The notes under the pieces: model-generated
What the model saw: only the letters and a program-made list of their open reading frames with translations
Database searches by the model: none
Told to the model about the DNA's origin: nothing
Position numbers and translations under genes: made by a program
Source: an uncultured bacterium
Lineage (GTDB): Bacteria; DYJV01
Reading direction: 5' to 3'
Length of the DNA: 55,567 nucleotides
Assembly (NCBI GenBank): GCA_964543655.1
Contig: CAZIZE010000058.1
Location: forward strand, 1-55,567
Shown here: in pieces, positions 52,397 to 55,567 of the stretch
How the letters are laid out: each line of letters starts with the position of its first letter
Numbering within the stretch: the first letter of the stretch is position 1

Positions 52397-54033
52397 TATT
52401 TACTCCTTATCCATTTTTGAACATGTTTAGCCACTTCCTGAGGATTCTGATCTATTAACTCTATTAATATCTCTTTTGGATCTTTAACACTCTTTTTAAC
52501 TCCACCTTCCTCTTTAGTTGTTATCTCTTTTTTCTTTGCTTTAACTTCTTTCTCTATTTCCTCAAGAGTTCTTGGTGCTTTTTTCAGTAATTCTTCTGGT
52601 GGCTTAACTCTCTGCAATATTACCTTTAGGAAAGGCCTGAACACAAAGAAGAATATAATTAAAAGAGCAAGTATTGTCAACCCATATTTAGCTGCAAGCA
52701 TAATAAGCTCTGTTCTCTTTTCTTTAGCTATTTGGGCTGATATTTCATTTAATTCATTATAATTAAACTGAACACAACTAACTTCAACTTGATCATTTCT
52801 TTTTGGATTAAATCCAATAGCTTTTTTTACAATATCAGTAAAAATTTTCATTTCACTTTTACTTCTTGGAACAAACTCTTTTATCTCTTTTTTACCCTTT
52901 TTTACTTCTTTATATTGACCATCAACAAGAACAGCAACAGAGATTCTTTTAATTACTCCAACAGGGTCAACTATTTTGCTGACAGTTTTACTAACTTCAT
53001 AATTAACAATTTCTTGAGTTTTTGATTTATCTTTTTGAAGATTCTGATTTTGCAAATTTTTTTGTTGTTGTGCTTTAACAGAAGGGACATTTGATACCAC
53101 TCCGGGAATCCCCCCTTTTCTTGGATTATACTCTTTTGTACTCTCTATTACCTTTTGATGACTTCTTTCTGCTATTGTGTCAGGGTCAAAAGCTTCAATT
53201 GTTTTTTCACTTTTTGTAAAATCAATATCAACTGCTACCCTTGCAATGACTTTACCTTTACCAACAACTTTTTCGAGCATTGATTGAATTCTTTTTTCAT
53301 AATATTTTTCGATTTTTTTCTTATATGTTAATTTCTTTGAAACTTCACCTGTAATATCCTCCTGATCTTCTTTTAAAATATCTGTTAGCACATTTCCAAA
53401 ATTATCTATAATTTTAATATTGTCAGGTTTTAATCCTTCTACTGAATTGGCAACCAGGTTAACAATTCCCTTAACCTGTTCCTTTGTTAGCTTCCTATAA
53501 CCAAGCTCATAAGTAATGATAATAGATGCAGTTGCTGGAGCCTGATCCTCAACAAATAAACTCTCTTTTGGTATAACTATATGTACTCTTGCTGATTTTA
53601 TACCTCTAATGGTTTCTATTGATCTTGCTAATTCTCCCTGTATAGCTCTAATGTAATTTATATGCTGAACAAATTCTGTTTCTCCAAGTTTTGTTTTATC
53701 AAATATTTCCCAGCCAACTCCATTTTTTGAAGGAATTCCTGCTTTGGCAAGAATCATCCTTACTTCATAAATTTCATTTTTAGGAACTTCAATTAACCCA
53801 TTTTTTTCATTAACTTTATAAGGAATTCTATGCTTTTTTAAATATGCTATAATTTCTCCTGCCTGTGATGCAGGCATGTTGTAATATAAGGTTGCATAAT
53901 TTTTAGAATTTGAAAATGCGATTAATAAAATTATTGCACTTAAAAATAGAGTAATTCCTGCTATTACCAGCATTTTATGCACAGATTCCAAATTATTAAA
54001 TTTATCTAATATCTTTTTTAAACTTTCAGGCAT
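52396..54033 (-). CDS. fliF: Flagellar MS-ring protein FliF
   Basis: GWEIFD...GETEF, RAIQGELARSI, ARVH, GIPGVVSN, RISVAVLVDG. Confidence 0.97.
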   Translation of the reverse strand: MPESLKKILDKFNNLESVHKMLVIAGITLFLSAIILLIAFSNSKNYATLYYNMPASQAGEIIAYLKKHRIPYKVNEKNGLIEVPKNEIYEVRMILAKAGIPSKNGVGWEIFDKTKLGETEFVQHINYIRAIQGELARSIETIRGIKSARVHIVIPKESLFVEDQAPATASIIITYELGYRKLTKEQVKGIVNLVANSVEGLKPDNIKIIDNFGNVLTDILKEDQEDITGEVSKKLTYKKKIEKYYEKRIQSMLEKVVGKGKVIARVAVDIDFTKSEKTIEAFDPDTIAERSHQKVIESTKEYNPRKGGIPGVVSNVPSVKAQQQKNLQNQNLQKDKSKTQEIVNYEVSKTVSKIVDPVGVIKRISVAVLVDGQYKEVKKGKKEIKEFVPRSKSEMKIFTDIVKKAIGFNPKRNDQVEVSCVQFNYNELNEISAQIAKEKRTELIMLAAKYGLTILALLIIFFFVFRPFLKVILQRVKPPEELLKKAPRTLEEIEKEVKAKKKEITTKEEGGVKKSVKDPKEILIELIDQNPQEVAKHVQKWIRSK

Positions 54034-54052
54034 CTGTTGCTCCTTTTAAATT

Positions 54053-54352
54053 TTAAATTTGAATCCTTATAATCTCTTTATAAGCATCAATAAGTTTGTT
54101 TCTAATCTGAGTAAATAACTGAAGTGAAATATCTGCCTTTTCAATTGAAATCATTGTGTTATGGATATCTTTCTCTTCTCCTCTTAAAAATTTCTCTATT
54201 GCTTTATTAGCATTAATCTGATCATCATTGACACTTTTTATATAATTTTTCAAAGTATCTGCAAAACTACTAACTTTTTTACTATAAGGAGTTTTATCTA
54301 AATTAGTTGAGTTTAAATTATTAATTAACTGGTTATTAATTCTATCTATCAT
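54053..54352 (-). CDS. fliE: Flagellar hook-basal body protein FliE
   Basis: SFADTL, DIHNTMI..EKA, QIRNKLIDAYKEI. Confidence 0.96.
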   Translation of the reverse strand: MIDRINNQLINNLNSTNLDKTPYSKKVSSFADTLKNYIKSVNDDQINANKAIEKFLRGEEKDIHNTMISIEKADISLQLFTQIRNKLIDAYKEIIRIQI

Positions 54353-54368
54353 TTTACCCTCCAATTAA

Positions 54369-54806
54369 TTAAGTTCTAATAATATCAATGGCTTTCATTG
54401 CCATATCTTTTGAGGCTTTTAAAGTTGTAACACCAGCTTCATAACTTCTTGAAGCATTAATTAAATTAACCATTTCTTCCATAATATTAATATTTGGATA
54501 AGCAACATATCCATCTTTATTAGCATCAGGATGACCAGGATCATATTTCATAATTGGTGGTCTTTTATCCTCAACAATCTTTGCAACTTCAACCTTTTTA
54601 AGATTTACAGTATCATTTAATGTTTCGTCAAAAGATTTCTCTTTAAAAGGAACAGCTTCAAAAACAACATCTTTCCTTTTGTAGGGCCCACCTTCTGGAG
54701 TTCTTGTGGTATTAATATTTGCTATATTGCTACTAATTACATTTATTCTCAATCTTTCAGCACTAAGACCTGAAGCAGAAATATTAAATGAATCTAAAAA
54801 ACTCAT
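54369..54806 (-). CDS. flgC: Flagellar basal-body rod protein FlgC
   Basis: SASGL.AER.R, SNIAN, YDPGHPDA..DGYV, ASRSYEA. Confidence 0.98.
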   Translation of the reverse strand: MSFLDSFNISASGLSAERLRINVISSNIANINTTRTPEGGPYKRKDVVFEAVPFKEKSFDETLNDTVNLKKVEVAKIVEDKRPPIMKYDPGHPDANKDGYVAYPNINIMEEMVNLINASRSYEAGVTTLKASKDMAMKAIDIIRT

Positions 54807-55225
54807 TATCTACCTCCTTGTGTTATTACATCTTTTAATATTTTAAATTCTTTGACAAGAATTTGACTATCAGCATTATAGAGAAGATGATTCTTTGACA
54901 TTTTTGCCATTTCTTTATCAAGGTCAACATTGTTATTGTCATTTCCAATAACATTATTTTCACAATATTCTACCTCTGGCTCGTAGCCATCAAGTTTTTC
55001 TGGTTCTATTTTAAAATGTCTTTTATTTGTTGTTTCAAGCTGAATAGTGTCTTGTGGGTGCAAAATTCTGTTAAGCTCTTTTTGAAAATTAATATTTTTG
55101 CACTTATAACCGGGAGTATTTATGTTAGCAATATTTGAACTAATAACATCTTGAATTGTACTTCGAATATTCATAGAATATTCAAGCATCTGAAATTTTT
55201 TGCCAAATAACTCTATTCGTGCCAA
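54806..55225 (-). CDS. flgB: Flagellar basal-body rod protein FlgB
   Basis: SNIANINTPGY, DNNNVDLDKEM; true start is probably TTG at 55225 after AGGAGG. Confidence 0.96.
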   Translation of the reverse strand: MARIELFGKKFQMLEYSMNIRSTIQDVISSNIANINTPGYKCKNINFQKELNRILHPQDTIQLETTNKRHFKIEPEKLDGYEPEVEYCENNVIGNDNNNVDLDKEMAKMSKNHLLYNADSQILVKEFKILKDVITQGGR

Positions 55226-55256
55226 GGTATCCTCCTTTTTCGATTTTTTATAATAA

Positions 55257-55272
55257 TGCAAACATAGTGCCA
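55257..55272 (-). promoter_or_regulatory. sigma54 (-24/-12) promoter of the flgB operon
   Basis: TGGCAC-TATGT-TTGCA matches TGGCAC-N5-TTGC. Confidence 0.88.
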
Positions 55273-55384
55273 ATATATATACATAAAACAAAAATTTATA
55301 GTCGACATATTTTTATTAATATTGTATATTAAATATAAAATACATTTTTTTATATAGGTAGAAATTTAATAGAGGAGGTGGGAC

Positions 55385-55567
55385 ATGTTTAAAATTACAG
55401 TTTTGTGTGAAAACAGTGTAATTGTACCCTTTGGAGTTGTTGGGGAGCATGGCTTTGCAGCTTATATAGAAACACCTAACGGCAATTTTCTCTTTGATAC
55501 CGGTCAGGGCAAAGGAATTTTGCAAAACAGTATTGTTCTTAAAAAAGATTTGGCAAATATAAAATAC
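55385..55567 (+). CDS. MBL-fold metallo-hydrolase, 5' part, runs off the window edge
   Basis: Not in the ORF track. SD GAGGAGG; MFKITVLCENS...GEHGFAAYIE...FLFDTGQG. Confidence 0.88.
   Translation, partial: MFKITVLCENSVIVPFGVVGEHGFAAYIETPNGNFLFDTGQGKGILQNSIVLKKDLANIKY

Noticed and set aside
55226-55291. N-terminal extension of flgB in the ORF track
   Set aside because: It contains the sigma54 promoter and the SD, so the start is TTG at 55225.
55316-55525. 69-aa minus-strand ORF
   Set aside because: Antisense to the better-supported MBL-fold gene starting at 55385.

Overview
This 55.6 kb window is very AT-rich and comes from a flagellated diderm bacterium. The lptCAB-rpoN-hpf-ptsN-hprK-rapZ-EIIA-HPr-ptsI order, sigma54-driven flgB, ahbB and a minimal SufCB pair suggest an anaerobic Desulfobacterota-like lineage (inference). 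It spans the replication origin: dnaA-oriC-dnaN-gyrB, with DnaA boxes and DnaA-trios, but dnaA carries an in-frame TGA. Most of it is housekeeping (asd, recN, nadK, miaB, PTS/rpoN/lpt, murJ, hemL, gatAB, flgBC-fliEFGH). The standout is the first ~7.9 kb, a type I-B CRISPR-Cas locus (cas6-cas8b/cas11-cas7-cas5-cas3) with five peculiarities. (1) The adaptation module has collapsed into an in-frame cas4'-'cas2 fusion with cas1 deleted. (2) A DUF6516 toxin-antitoxin-like pair sits between cas7 and cas5. (3) No canonical array is present, only a mini-array of divergent repeats around a 19-nt spacer, preceded by a boxA-like site. (4) That spacer has a seed-pattern match in the cas6 promoter. (5) A GC-rich ~110-nt rod-like RNA with its own promoter and U-tract lies just downstream and shares a 9-10 nt core with the spacer. 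Together these suggest, by inference, a Cascade repurposed for RNA-guided self-regulation or addiction (CreR/CreTA-like). All calls were made by eye from motifs; no database searches or folding programs were run.
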